From: a plasmid
Sequence record: NZ_CP083999.1
Strand: one strand, 5' to 3'
Length of the DNA: 16,180 bases
Notes under the pieces: model-generated
Told to the model about the DNA's origin: nothing
Seen by the model: the letters and a program-made list of their open reading frames with translations, nothing else
Database searches by the model: none
Shown: piece after piece, positions 1 to 7,690 of the stretch
Numbering within the stretch: the stretch's first letter is position 1
How the letters are laid out: the number at the start of each line of letters is the position of its first letter
Made by a program: the position numbers and the translations under genes

Positions 1-2
1 CG

Positions 3-644
3 CTGCTGGCTGCCCTTTCGGCGACCGCACCGCACATCACACTGACCGAGTTTCACCCCGACCTCCCCGGTTCCGAAGGTGTTGCGGATGCGATCCGCCG
101 AGTCGTCACCGATGGGAAAGACCATGGCGGACAAGAGATCCGCGGGTATGACGTGTTCGGGATGTGGTGCATGCCTCGCCATGGCAAACCGACGCCGATC
201 CGCGAAACCGCCCACCCCGAAGCGGTCCACATCGGGGCAGACCTGATTGGCGACGCCGCCGACCTCGCCGCAGGCAAGGGACTGGCCCAAGGCGAATTTC
301 TGCTGCTCACGCAGATCGTCGGCGCCGCCGTCTCTGCGGACCTGTGGCATCAGCCCGCTTCGGTGCGCTACCTGCTCACCGCCGCCGTCACAGGCCTGCG
401 GGCCGCCGCCGGCCAACACCGCGCGGATGGCGTCCGGTTCAGTCTCGACGGCCAGACCCCCGACACCGACGACATCAAAAAGAAGAAGACCAAGAAGAAA
501 AAAGCCGACAAGACCGAGACCGCCGCCAGCCCTGGCCGCGGCGAGAACCTACCCGTCGAACGGCTCATCGCCGAAGAACTCGGCGCGCGCTGGCGGACCC
601 GCCAACACTGGGGGCCACGCGGGCCCGACCAAGACCGAGGCTGA
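3..644 (+). CDS. Partial CDS, 5' end outside the window. Hypothetical protein with a C-terminal lysine run (KKKKTKKKKADK).
   Basis: Frame 3 is open from window position 3 to the stop at 642..644 and shows strong GC third-position bias. The overlapping ORF-track frames 164..739 and 247..717 are Arg/Pro-rich artefacts. No recognisable domain. Confidence 0.45.
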   Translation: MLAALSATAPHITLTEFHPDLPGSEGVADAIRRVVTDGKDHGGQEIRGYDVFGMWCMPRHGKPTPIRETAHPEAVHIGADLIGDAADLAAGKGLAQGEFLLLTQIVGAAVSADLWHQPASVRYLLTAAVTGLRAAAGQHRADGVRFSLDGQTPDTDDIKKKKTKKKKADKTETAASPGRGENLPVERLIAEELGARWRTRQHWGPRGPDQDRG

Positions 645-780
645 CGGCCCAACAACTGCCCTGCTTGCCAAGTTCGCGGGCCCCGGCCTCGGGGCGTTCG
701 TCTGCTTGTTGCGCTAGCTGCGTCGGTGCGCTTGCCTAATTTCCCATGACGACAACCTCACCGCGCACTCTGATATCGAT

Positions 781-1314
781 GTGACCGCGCGCCATATCTA
801 CATTGACGAAACAAAAGAGCGCGGCTACGTCCTAGTTGCCAGCGTCCACATCGCCGACAACCTCAGCGACCTACGCAGAACCATGCGCGGCTTCGTCCTG
901 CGCGGCCAGACCCGTGTCCACATGGCTAAGGAAAGCGACCCGCGGCGGCGCGCAATATGCGCCGCGATCTGTGCCGCCGGCGTCAATGCCACCATCTACG
1001 ACGCCGGCCAGCGTTATCGAGACCCCCTGGATGCCCGCAGGGCCTGTCTGCAAGCCGTCATCAGCGACACCACCGCCGGCGAGGAAACCCTTATCGTCCT
1101 TGAGCAAGACGATTCGATCATCCACTGGGACCGCCAGCGGCTCATCGAACTCACGCGAGCCGAAGGTCGACGCCACAACCTTCGATACGAGCACCGCCGC
1201 GCCAAAACCGAGCTGCTCCTCACAGTGCCCGACGCCATCGCTTGGTGCTGGGCGCGCGGAGGTCACTGGAAACGGCGCATCGAGCCCGTCATCACCACCG
1301 TTAAGCAGGTCTAA
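781..1314 (+). CDS. Hypothetical 177-aa protein with a GTG start. Its N-terminus (IYIDETKERGYVLVASV) resembles the first beta-hairpin of RNase H-like / DUF3800-like proteins; this is speculative.
   Basis: ORF with good GC3 bias. A YIDE motif followed by a G-x-hydrophobic strand sits at the N-terminus, and a later acidic cluster reads LEQDDS. Confidence 0.5.
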   Translation: MTARHIYIDETKERGYVLVASVHIADNLSDLRRTMRGFVLRGQTRVHMAKESDPRRRAICAAICAAGVNATIYDAGQRYRDPLDARRACLQAVISDTTAGEETLIVLEQDDSIIHWDRQRLIELTRAEGRRHNLRYEHRRAKTELLLTVPDAIAWCWARGGHWKRRIEPVITTVKQV

Positions 1315-1333
1315 AACGTCCCCCGATGCGCGA

Positions 1334-1370
1334 AACCCGGCCCGCCCACCGTCCGGAAGGCTGCCGGGTT
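1334..1370 (+). terminator. Possible hairpin terminator downstream of the 177-aa ORF. Stem aacccggc / gccgggtt (8 bp) with a 21-nt loop and no U-tract.
   Basis: Perfect 8-bp inverted repeat read directly from the sequence. Mycobacterial terminators often lack U-tracts. Confidence 0.2.
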
Positions 1371-1480
1371 CACTTCCTGAAGCTCAGCGCAACAGGCACC
1401 AATCACTATATCCCAAAACTGGGCTGGGGAAGCCCGCCCCCGGATCAGATGGGCTTTGTGTCTGCGGCAACACCATCTAT

Positions 1481-1540
1481 CTACATGTAAGTAAACATGC
1501 TTACTTACATGTAGACCTAAATGTAGGTATACATGCTTGT
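1481..1540. promoter_or_regulatory. AT-rich palindromic / iterated site upstream of parA. Candidate centromere (parS-like) and parA operator-promoter.
   Basis: 1481..1514 (ctacatgtaagtaaACATGCttacttacatgtag) is a 34-bp palindrome with perfect 14-bp arms around a 6-bp centre. ACATG(C/T) motifs recur at 1483, 1495, 1506 and 1531, and ACATGCTT recurs at 1495 and 1531. It is the lowest-GC stretch in the window and sits immediately 5' of parA. Confidence 0.5.
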
Positions 1541-1549
1541 GAGTTTGAT

Positions 1550-2368
1550 ATGCTGTCACCTATGAATGTTCCCGCAGATGAGCGGCCTGAAATCGTGGCA
1601 GTGGCACTGCAAAAAGGGGGCGTGGGCAAGACCACCACGACCATTAACCTCGCCGCAAACCTTGCCGCGATGGGCTTCCGTGTCCTGGTGATCGACATGG
1701 ATCAGCAAGCCCACAGCACCAAAGGGCTCGGCATCGAGCTCGGCGCCGACGATGCGTCTATGTACGAGGCACTGCACCCCGACCGGGCGATGCGCGTTCC
1801 GCTACCGAAGGTCATCCGGCCAAGCCAGTTCGGGATAGACGTCGCGCCAGGCCACCTCGCGCTCAAAGAACTCGAGCGCACGGGCCTCGGGTCAGGTGGC
1901 CAGCTGCGCCTAGCGCGCCAACTCGACGATATCGAGGGCTACGACTTCGTGCTCATGGACTGCCCGCCCGCACTCGGTGAGTTAACCACCGCGGCGCTGG
2001 CGGCCGCCGATTACGTCCTGGCGGTCCTCAAGGCCGGGCCCGATGAGGTCGACGGCCTGGTCGAACTGGGCAACTCGATTCTCGACGTACAGGAGACGCT
2101 CAACCCGGACGTACAAATCCGATATGTGCTGCTGGCCGATTTCGACGGTAATCCCAAGGCCAGCAAGGACGTACGTAAGCAACTGCGCGCCGATTGGGGG
2201 GAGTGGGACGCCGGCGGGGCATACCTGGGCGAAATTCCGCACACCGTGCGAGTCGTGGAAGCCAAAGGCAAGCGCGTGCCCGTCCACGTCCACGCCCCGA
2301 CCAGCACAGCCGCAGTGGCCTACCGAGAGGTCGCCGAACGCATCGCGGCCAGGCGGCAAGCAGCATGA
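1550..2368 (+). CDS. parA: ParA/Soj-family partition ATPase, 272 aa.
   Basis: Deviant Walker A box (KGGVGKTT) near the N-terminus (VAVALQKGGVGKTTTTINLAANLA). The length and layout are typical of type Ib ParA. The ATG at 1550 is preferred over the upstream in-frame extension 836..1549, which has no homology. Confidence 0.85.
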   Translation: MLSPMNVPADERPEIVAVALQKGGVGKTTTTINLAANLAAMGFRVLVIDMDQQAHSTKGLGIELGADDASMYEALHPDRAMRVPLPKVIRPSQFGIDVAPGHLALKELERTGLGSGGQLRLARQLDDIEGYDFVLMDCPPALGELTTAALAAADYVLAVLKAGPDEVDGLVELGNSILDVQETLNPDVQIRYVLLADFDGNPKASKDVRKQLRADWGEWDAGGAYLGEIPHTVRVVEAKGKRVPVHVHAPTSTAAVAYREVAERIAARRQAA

Positions 2369-2766
2369 ACGCAGCCAAGCCCAGCGGCCTACAGATCGGC
2401 TCGACCAGACCCCTATCGCGCGCGGAACGCCGCGCCGAGGCCGCCCGAGTCAAAGCCGACGAAGCTCCCCCCGAACCAGCAGCAGTCAGCCGACCACCCC
2501 AGGACGACGACGTTCCGCCGGCGGACCCGGTGATGGCCCCCGACCAGGCAAACGAAGCCCCCGAACCGCCAGTGCGATTGAAAGCCCGACAGCGCAAGGC
2601 GAAAAACCCGTTCGCCACACAGCTGCACTCAGGAACGCTGGCCCGGCTCGAATGGATCAAGGCCCACGGATACGCCATCACCGACACCGTCGACGAAGCC
2701 ATCAACGCCTACCTCGACAAAGCCGGCATCCCCAGACCAGACCACAACGACCGCATGCCCAGCTGA
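2365..2766 (+). CDS. Small partition partner protein (ParG/ParB-like centromere-binding protein, 133 aa). The disordered Pro/Ala/Glu-rich N-terminus carries Arg/Lys patches, and the C-terminus is a possible RHH.
   Basis: Its ATG overlaps the parA stop (ATGA at 2365..2368), which indicates translational coupling. The size and position are typical of type Ib ParG. The C-terminal FATQLHSGTLARLEWIKAHGYAITDTVDEAINAYL looks like a beta-alpha-alpha DNA-binding fold. Confidence 0.5.
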   Translation: MNAAKPSGLQIGSTRPLSRAERRAEAARVKADEAPPEPAAVSRPPQDDDVPPADPVMAPDQANEAPEPPVRLKARQRKAKNPFATQLHSGTLARLEWIKAHGYAITDTVDEAINAYLDKAGIPRPDHNDRMPS

Positions 2767-2932
2767 GTCTCAGGTGCTATGTCCTTCCTCGCCGCCAATT
2801 GTGGCGAACGTGGTGGTGCTGGCCGTCAAGGCCACGCCGCTACGCGGTCGACCACGGTCGAGCCTTGACAGCCAGCACCACCACGCACAACAGCGGCCAC
2901 TACGAGGAAGGGCATGCCGCGAAGGCGCACAA

Positions 2933-3157
2933 ATGTCAGGAGTGAGTCATACCGTGGAAATCATGAACGCGAACACGCCGCCGGCCGCCAAGCCGCCGCA
3001 ACCGGGTTCCGCCGAGCACTGGGCAGCATGGCTGGACAGATACGGCGACGACTACGCCACCGACGACGAACGCCGCGCCGCCTACCAGGACTTCCAAACC
3101 AACCTCGCCACCCTGCAGACCGCCTTTTCACAGCACCCATCGCCGCCGGCAACCTAG
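2933..3157 (+). CDS. Small hypothetical protein of about 74 aa. An alternative ATG lies at 2963.
   Basis: ORF with fair GC3 bias. A ggaagg motif lies upstream of the 2933 ATG. No homology recognised. Confidence 0.3.
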   Translation: MSGVSHTVEIMNANTPPAAKPPQPGSAEHWAAWLDRYGDDYATDDERRAAYQDFQTNLATLQTAFSQHPSPPAT

Positions 3158-3353
3158 AAAGCCCCTCCACCGCCTGATCACACGCGCTTGCAGCCCGGAT
3201 CGCGAACGTTTCCCGCATGCAGCAGGGGGCAGGGCAACACACCGAGACCTGCCCAGATATGCGCGAAGCCCGAGCGCCACGGTCGTCCGGCCGGGTGTCG
3301 GGCTCACTTCGCCCTATTCAGGCCATCTCCGTTGCATAATGGACGCCACACCA

Positions 3354-3379
3354 CCCGTCCCTGCTGGGGGCGGGTTTTT
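3354..3379 (+). terminator. Rho-independent-like terminator: stem cccgtccc / gggggcggg, loop tgct, followed by TTTTT.
   Basis: GC-rich imperfect stem followed directly by a T5 tract (3375..3379). Confidence 0.4.
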
Positions 3380-3453
3380 GTCACCCGTTATCCCGCGATG
3401 AGTCTGTTACTTTGGGATTACCAGACTTCCTGACCAGAAGGTGACTCGCCGCT

Positions 3454-3711
3454 ATGCCTCACGATGACGACCCGCGGCCGGGTCAATGGGTGCGCTACGA
3501 CCAACTTGAACGCAAAGAGACCCGCCTACGCCCCGACCAGTACAGCCGCCTCAGCAGTATTAGCCGCGCCCTCAACCGGGCCCGGGCCGGCAAAGGCGAG
3601 CGGATCACCGAAAACACGCTCATACGAGTTGCGATCGATCTACTGCTCCAGCGCGAAACAGAGCTGGCCGGCGACACCGAAGCCGACCTACGCCAGTCGA
3701 TAGGCCTATAA
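3454..3711 (+). CDS. Small (85 aa) putative RHH / CopG-like DNA-binding protein.
   Basis: gaaggtg Shine-Dalgarno-like motif 8 nt upstream. The motif ERITENTLIRVAIDLLL is typical of RHH transcriptional regulators. Confidence 0.45.
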   Translation: MPHDDDPRPGQWVRYDQLERKETRLRPDQYSRLSSISRALNRARAGKGERITENTLIRVAIDLLLQRETELAGDTEADLRQSIGL

Positions 3712-3737
3712 CTTCGGAACTCTGTTAGTCTGTAAGT

Positions 3738-4133
3738 GTGACTACGGCTGATCAGTTCCTCACCGTTGCGGTCGCCAACGTCCGCGCATTCAACAACGCA
3801 ACAACGGCGACCCAGCTAGCCGACCACCCAATCACCGCCGACCAGGCCTACAGCCTCCTTGACGCCGCCGAAATACTCACCCAGCTCATGCCGCAAACCT
3901 TCATCAGGCTCGGCCTGGCCGTAGGACAGCCGCTCACCACCCACGGCGACCCCGCCAACATCGACCTGGTGATCACCGCAGCCGCAGCCCACATGGCCCA
4001 AGCCGCCCAACTCATCTCAGACGCAAGCGAGAAAATCGCCCCACTGCTCGACCGCAGCGACGCCGACGATGACCGCCGGCGCCGGCGGCCGATGGTCGAG
4101 AGTATTCGCCGCTGGGTCTCAAAGGCCGCCTAA
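3738..4133 (+). CDS. Hypothetical 131-aa protein with a GTG start.
   Basis: Good GC3 bias. Follows the RHH gene after 26 nt, suggesting an operon. No domain recognised. Confidence 0.45.
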   Translation: MTTADQFLTVAVANVRAFNNATTATQLADHPITADQAYSLLDAAEILTQLMPQTFIRLGLAVGQPLTTHGDPANIDLVITAAAAHMAQAAQLISDASEKIAPLLDRSDADDDRRRRRPMVESIRRWVSKAA

Positions 4134-4267
4134 ATCCCAGTCACGAAAACATCACGGACACACGGCGTGTCAGCACCGAATTCAGATTTCAGCCCTGCAT
4201 GATCGGGGCCATGGCTGGACCAAATAGACCGGGCAGAGTTCATCTCGGCCCCCGTCATGTAATCACC

Positions 4268-4435
4268 ATGCGAATCCCCGTAGCAGTGCGTGAAGCTGTG
4301 GACGCGGCCGCAGCGGCCAGAGGGATTGATCGATCAAGCTATTTGGCTGACGTCATCGCCGCCCATGTCGGAAGACCCGACCTCGTAAGGCATCTCAACG
4401 AGGACAAGGAAGAGGTTCTGCCACTGGCGATGTGA
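4268..4435 (+). CDS. CopG/RHH-family small DNA-binding protein of 55 aa. The ORF could also begin at 4199.
   Basis: MRIPVAVREAVDAAAAARGIDRSSYLADVIAAHV is a classic RHH beta-strand-helix-helix signature. It sits immediately upstream of a Rep-like gene, as copy-control repressors do. Confidence 0.5.
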   Translation: MRIPVAVREAVDAAAAARGIDRSSYLADVIAAHVGRPDLVRHLNEDKEEVLPLAM

Positions 4436-4441
4436 GAGCTA

Positions 4442-4497
4442 CGCCTCGGCGCCCAAACGGCTTTGCAGGACTCAATTGGGCGACGCCGAGGCAGACG
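4442..4497. other. GC-rich inverted repeat (gcctcggcg ... cgccgaggc) with a loop of about 30 nt. Possible terminator or operator between the RHH gene and the Rep-like gene.
   Basis: 9-bp perfect inverted repeat read from the sequence. Confidence 0.25.
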
Positions 4498-4569
4498 TGG
4501 ACACCTGAATAAACGGCGAAACCCCCGGCTGGCAGGCCGAGGGCTTCGACTTCCCCGAAGGGATTTGCT

Positions 4570-5862
4570 TTGGCGAGCAGATCTCACGGTAGCGCATACC
4601 TGAATCTGATTCCAGATGGCGCGCGCCGTGACGTTTCAGAAACCCAAAAACTGCTGCATCGCGGGTGCACCCGTCTACAGCCGCGGCGCGGAACGGCCCG
4701 CACAGGCCCACGCGCGCAAGCCTTATTGGCGGCCAACTGCCGGACGATCGCGGCGGCCATCGTCCTCGAGCTCGGCCCCGCGCCCTACGCGGGCGTGCCC
4801 TGCTGGACCGGCGCACAGCGGTGGGCCCAGTGGACCGTTCCGGTGGCCTACGACCTGCGCTACGACACCGACGTGCGCCCCCACATGGGTGCCAACCAAA
4901 TCAGCCGGCGCGCGCTACTGCGCATCGCTGAGGCCCGCGCCCACTACGCCGACTACGCCACCGGCCGGGACTGCCGGCCCAGCAACGAACGGCTCGCCAC
5001 CGACACCGGCTACGACGTGCGCACCATCCAACGCGCCAACACCGTGCTGCGACTGCTCGACGTGGCCACCGAGGTGCTACGCGGCCGCCAACGCACCCGC
5101 ACCGAACGCCTGGCCTCCTGGCGCGTCGGGGACCGCGGCCGCGGCTGGGCCTCCGTGTGGGCACTGCACGACCACCGGCTGCTCAACCGCGTCATCCACA
5201 AGATTCAAAAGGTGCTGTCACCCCATCCACGAAGTGGTCCCGTAAGGGATCAACACGTCCGTCAGGACGTGGTTACTACCGCCACCCGTCGCCGTACCGG
5301 CGCCGGCAAGCGCGGCGCAGCGCGCCGCGCACGCCCTGACCCCGGGGGGCTGGCCTTGGCCAAGTCCTGGCGCGCCCACCCGCAGGCCCCGCCGTGGTGT
5401 CACCGGCATAGTCCCACCGCCTGGGCGGCCATGCTGGCTGCGCCGGCCGCCGCCGGCTGGACCCCGCGCGACCTCAACCAGCTCATCAACGACTGGCTCG
5501 GCGTAGGTCACTGGATCCCCGACACCCCGCACAAACCAATCGGGCTGCTCGGGGCGATCCTGGTCTGGCACGGTGCTGACAACCTGGGCGATCGACCGGC
5601 TGCCCTCGATGAGGCCCGCGAAGCGCAAGCCCGCGTCGCCGCCGAACAACTGCGCCGCGCCGAGAGTGCGGCGTCGCACCGCGCACATCTGGCCGGCCGC
5701 GCCGCGGCCGAGGCCGCACAGTCTGGTCCCGGCCGTGCTGAAGCCTTCGCCGCCCTCGCGGCCGCGCGACAGCACAGCGCCCAGCGCCGAACCGCTCAAG
5801 CTGCCGCCGAGCAAGCACGCATCGACGCGCTCATCGAACGCGCCCGCACCCCGCGCCGCTAG
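4570..5862 (+). CDS. Hypothetical 430-aa protein with a central HTH-like segment (NERLATDTGYDVRTIQRANTVLRLL) and an Ala/Arg-rich helical C-terminus. Possible plasmid replication-initiator-like protein. TTG start as listed; the true start is uncertain.
   Basis: Long ORF with sustained GC3 bias. The Rep assignment is an inference from the HTH and from the location downstream of a CopG-like gene. Confidence 0.5.
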   Translation: MASRSHGSAYLNLIPDGARRDVSETQKLLHRGCTRLQPRRGTARTGPRAQALLAANCRTIAAAIVLELGPAPYAGVPCWTGAQRWAQWTVPVAYDLRYDTDVRPHMGANQISRRALLRIAEARAHYADYATGRDCRPSNERLATDTGYDVRTIQRANTVLRLLDVATEVLRGRQRTRTERLASWRVGDRGRGWASVWALHDHRLLNRVIHKIQKVLSPHPRSGPVRDQHVRQDVVTTATRRRTGAGKRGAARRARPDPGGLALAKSWRAHPQAPPWCHRHSPTAWAAMLAAPAAAGWTPRDLNQLINDWLGVGHWIPDTPHKPIGLLGAILVWHGADNLGDRPAALDEAREAQARVAAEQLRRAESAASHRAHLAGRAAAEAAQSGPGRAEAFAALAAARQHSAQRRTAQAAAEQARIDALIERARTPRR

Positions 5863-5895
5863 CCAACCAATGCACCCCACCCACCACCGCGGGAG

Positions 5896-5931
5896 CGTCC
5901 CGGGGAGTGGTGTAAGTGATGGCGGCGTGTC
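5896..5931 (+). repeat. Left terminal inverted repeat (IRL) of the IS256-family element.
   Basis: Aligns to the right terminal inverted repeat and to the outer repeat of the neighbouring IS remnant. Confidence 0.7.
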
Positions 5932-6009
5932 GGTCCCTGACGTAAGAGGGCCATCGCGTGAGTCTCTGTGGTGAAACGACCAAGAATCACTACCGAGAGG
6001 AACATCGCG

Positions 6010-7242
6010 ATGGCCCTGGACCAGTCTGCCTTGCTGGAGGTGCTCGACGCACTGCGCACCGCCGATGCCGGTGAGCGGATCACTCAAGCCGCCGAAACGA
6101 TCTACCAAGCCTTGATCGACGCGGAGTTGACCGCGTTCATCGGGGCTTCTCCCCATGAGCGCACCGAGACCCGCTCCAATCAGCGCAACGGCTCGCGTCC
6201 GCGCACGCTGTCCACGGTCGCAGGGGACCTGGAACTGCGGATTCCCAAGCTGCGCACCGGGTCATTTTTCCCGGCGTTGTTGGAGCGGCGTCGCCGGGTC
6301 GATCAGTGCTTGTTCGCGGTGGTGATGGAGGCCTACCTGCACGGCACCTCCACCCGCAAGGTCGACGATCTGGTCAAGGCACTGGGTACCGATACCGGGA
6401 TCTCCAAAAGCGAGGTCAGCCGGATCTGCAAAGACCTCGACACCGAGGTCGCGGCCTTCCGGGACCGGCCGTTGGGTGATCAGCGCTTTCCGTATGTCTT
6501 CCTCGACGCCACCTACTGCAAGGCCCGGGTGAATCATCGGGTGGTGTCGCAGGCGGTGGTCATCGCCACCGGGGTGGCCGCTGACGGGCGCCGCGAGGTA
6601 CTGGGCTTTGAGGTCGGAGACTCCGAGGACGGGGCGTTCTGGACCGCGTTTTTGCGGTCGTTGAAATCCCGCGGTCTGGCCGGAGTCCAACTGGTCATCT
6701 CCGATGCCCATGCCGGACTGCGCAGTGCCATTGACGCCGTGCTGATCGGGGCCGCCTGGCAGCGGTGTCGAGTGCACTTCCTGCGCAACGTGCTCGCCCA
6801 AGTGCCCAAGGGCTCCGCAGAGATGGTCGCCGCCGCGATCCGCACCGTCTTCGCCCAGCCAGACGCCGAGCACGTGCGCGAACAACTCGACACCATCGCC
6901 GGCATGCTCGGCCGCCAGTTCCCCAAGGTCGAAACCATGTTGCGCGAGGCCGCCGCCGACATCACCGCCTTCGCCGACTTCCCGGTGGCCCACTGGAAAA
7001 AGATCTGGTCAACCAACCCACTGGAGCGATTGAACAAGGAAATCAAACGCCGCACCGACGTCGTCGGCGTGTTCCCCAACCCCGCCGCGCTGTTACGGCT
7101 GGCCGGCTCGGTACTCGTTGAGGCCCACGACGAATGGCAGGTCGCCGACAAGCGCTACCTCTCCGAGACCAGCCTCGCTCTGCTCGACGTCAGTGACCAA
7201 AGTGCCGAAACCATTGCCCCCACAGCCGCTCTCACGGCATAG
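6010..7242 (+). CDS. tnp: IS256-family (mutator-type) DDE transposase. The ATG at 6010 is preferred; the ORF track starts at a GTG at 5968.
   Basis: Family hallmarks include ERRRRVDQCLFAVVMEAYLHGTSTRKVDDLV, the DDE residues in FLDATY and ISDAHAGL, and the downstream NPLERLNKEIKRRTDVVGVFPN. It is collinear with the IS1081/IS1245-type transposases as recalled. A gagagga Shine-Dalgarno-like motif precedes the ATG at 6010. Confidence 0.9.
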   Translation: MALDQSALLEVLDALRTADAGERITQAAETIYQALIDAELTAFIGASPHERTETRSNQRNGSRPRTLSTVAGDLELRIPKLRTGSFFPALLERRRRVDQCLFAVVMEAYLHGTSTRKVDDLVKALGTDTGISKSEVSRICKDLDTEVAAFRDRPLGDQRFPYVFLDATYCKARVNHRVVSQAVVIATGVAADGRREVLGFEVGDSEDGAFWTAFLRSLKSRGLAGVQLVISDAHAGLRSAIDAVLIGAAWQRCRVHFLRNVLAQVPKGSAEMVAAAIRTVFAQPDAEHVREQLDTIAGMLGRQFPKVETMLREAAADITAFADFPVAHWKKIWSTNPLERLNKEIKRRTDVVGVFPNPAALLRLAGSVLVEAHDEWQVADKRYLSETSLALLDVSDQSAETIAPTAALTA

Positions 7243-7269
7243 TGGCTACCACAGAGCCACACGCGGACA

Positions 7270-7300
7270 CGCGACCGCTCTTACACCACTCCACGGGACG
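7270..7300 (-). repeat. Right terminal inverted repeat (IRR) of the IS256-family element.
   Basis: Reverse complement of 7280..7301 is cgtcccgtggagtggtgtaag; compare IRL cgtcccggggagtggtgtaag. Confidence 0.7.
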
Positions 7301-7515
7301 TGACCGTCGATAGCAGCGCACGCAGCAAATCAGGGCTCGCCGTGGCGAGTTGCTTCTCCAACAGCTTCTCGACGTCGATAGGGTGAGATGCGGTCATCGC
7401 GTTAATCTCCTTCGATTGACTTGGTCGTCGTTCGAAGAATCACGCGATGACCGCCCTCTACCGGGCTACGACACGCCACCTCACGTCACCAGCTCGTACA
7501 CCACTTCCCTGGACG
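7301..7515 (-). mobile_element. 5' remnant of a second, related IS256-family element in opposite orientation: outer inverted repeat, promoter region, and the first 31 codons of its transposase.
   Basis: The reverse complement of 7496..7516 (cgtccagggaagtggtgtac) matches the IRL core of the intact IS. Minus-strand ATG at 7397. The translation MTASHPIDVEKLLEKQLATASPDLLRALLST matches the conserved N-terminus of IS1081-like transposases (recalled as MTSSHLIDTEQLLADQLAQASPDLLRGLLST) and breaks exactly at the IRR of the intact IS. Confidence 0.7.
7305..7397 (-). pseudogene. Truncated transposase gene (N-terminal 31 codons only) of the IS256-family remnant.
   Basis: See the IS remnant above. The reading frame runs into the right terminal inverted repeat of the intact IS and stops. 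Confidence 0.65.
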
Positions 7516-7690
7516 CAACTCAACCGCGCCCGAGCCCGTAACAAGGACCGCGGCCACGATTACGGACTAGGGCTCTAAGGCCCGCGGCGCACGAGACGCG
7601 ACATCAACTGCACCGCAACAGTTCTGCACACCACGCCAACAAAGAACCGCGGCCGTCGCCGCAACCATATTCCGGGGGTAGTCTGCATGC

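Larger units (their letters stand above)
5896..7300 (+). mobile_element. Intact IS256-family (IS1081/IS1245-like) insertion sequence of about 1.4 kb.
   Basis: Single transposase ORF flanked by imperfect terminal inverted repeats. The left repeat (gcgtcccggggagtggtgtaag, 5896..5917) and the reverse complement of the right repeat (acgtcccgtggagtggtgtaag, 7279..7300) match 19 of 20 bases in the core, with further weaker matching inward. No clear target-site duplication. Confidence 0.8.

Noticed and set aside
164-739. Arg/Pro-rich ORFs 164..739 and 247..717 (+).
   Set aside because: They overlap frame 3, which has the better codon bias and is open to the window edge. Their Arg-rich composition is typical of off-frame translation of GC-rich DNA.
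836-1549. Long upstream in-frame extension of parA (ORF track 836..2368, 510 aa).
   Set aside because: The extension overlaps the 781..1314 gene in another frame, is Ser/Pro/Ala-rich with no homology, and crosses the AT-rich palindromic site. The ParA homology and a plausible ribosome-binding site begin at the ATG at 1550.
2043-2945. ORFs 2043..2945 (+) and 2100..2705 (-) overlapping the parA and parG-like genes.
   Set aside because: Off-frame or antisense to genes with clear homology. Low-complexity Arg/Ser/Pro composition.
5218-6156. 312-aa minus-strand ORF overlapping the end of the Rep-like gene and the start of the IS.
   Set aside because: Antisense to two well-supported genes and spans the IS terminal inverted repeat. 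Gly/Arg-rich artefact of GC-rich DNA.
6262-7151. Minus-strand ORFs 6262..6993 and 6534..7151 inside the IS.
   Set aside because: Antisense to the IS256-family transposase, which has unambiguous family motifs.
5880-7310. Search for 8 to 9-bp target-site duplications flanking the IS256-family element.
   Set aside because: No convincing direct repeat at the two junctions (gcgggagc versus gtgaccgt). The right junction lies inside another IS, consistent with a post-insertion deletion, so absence of a duplication is expected rather than an argument against the IS call.
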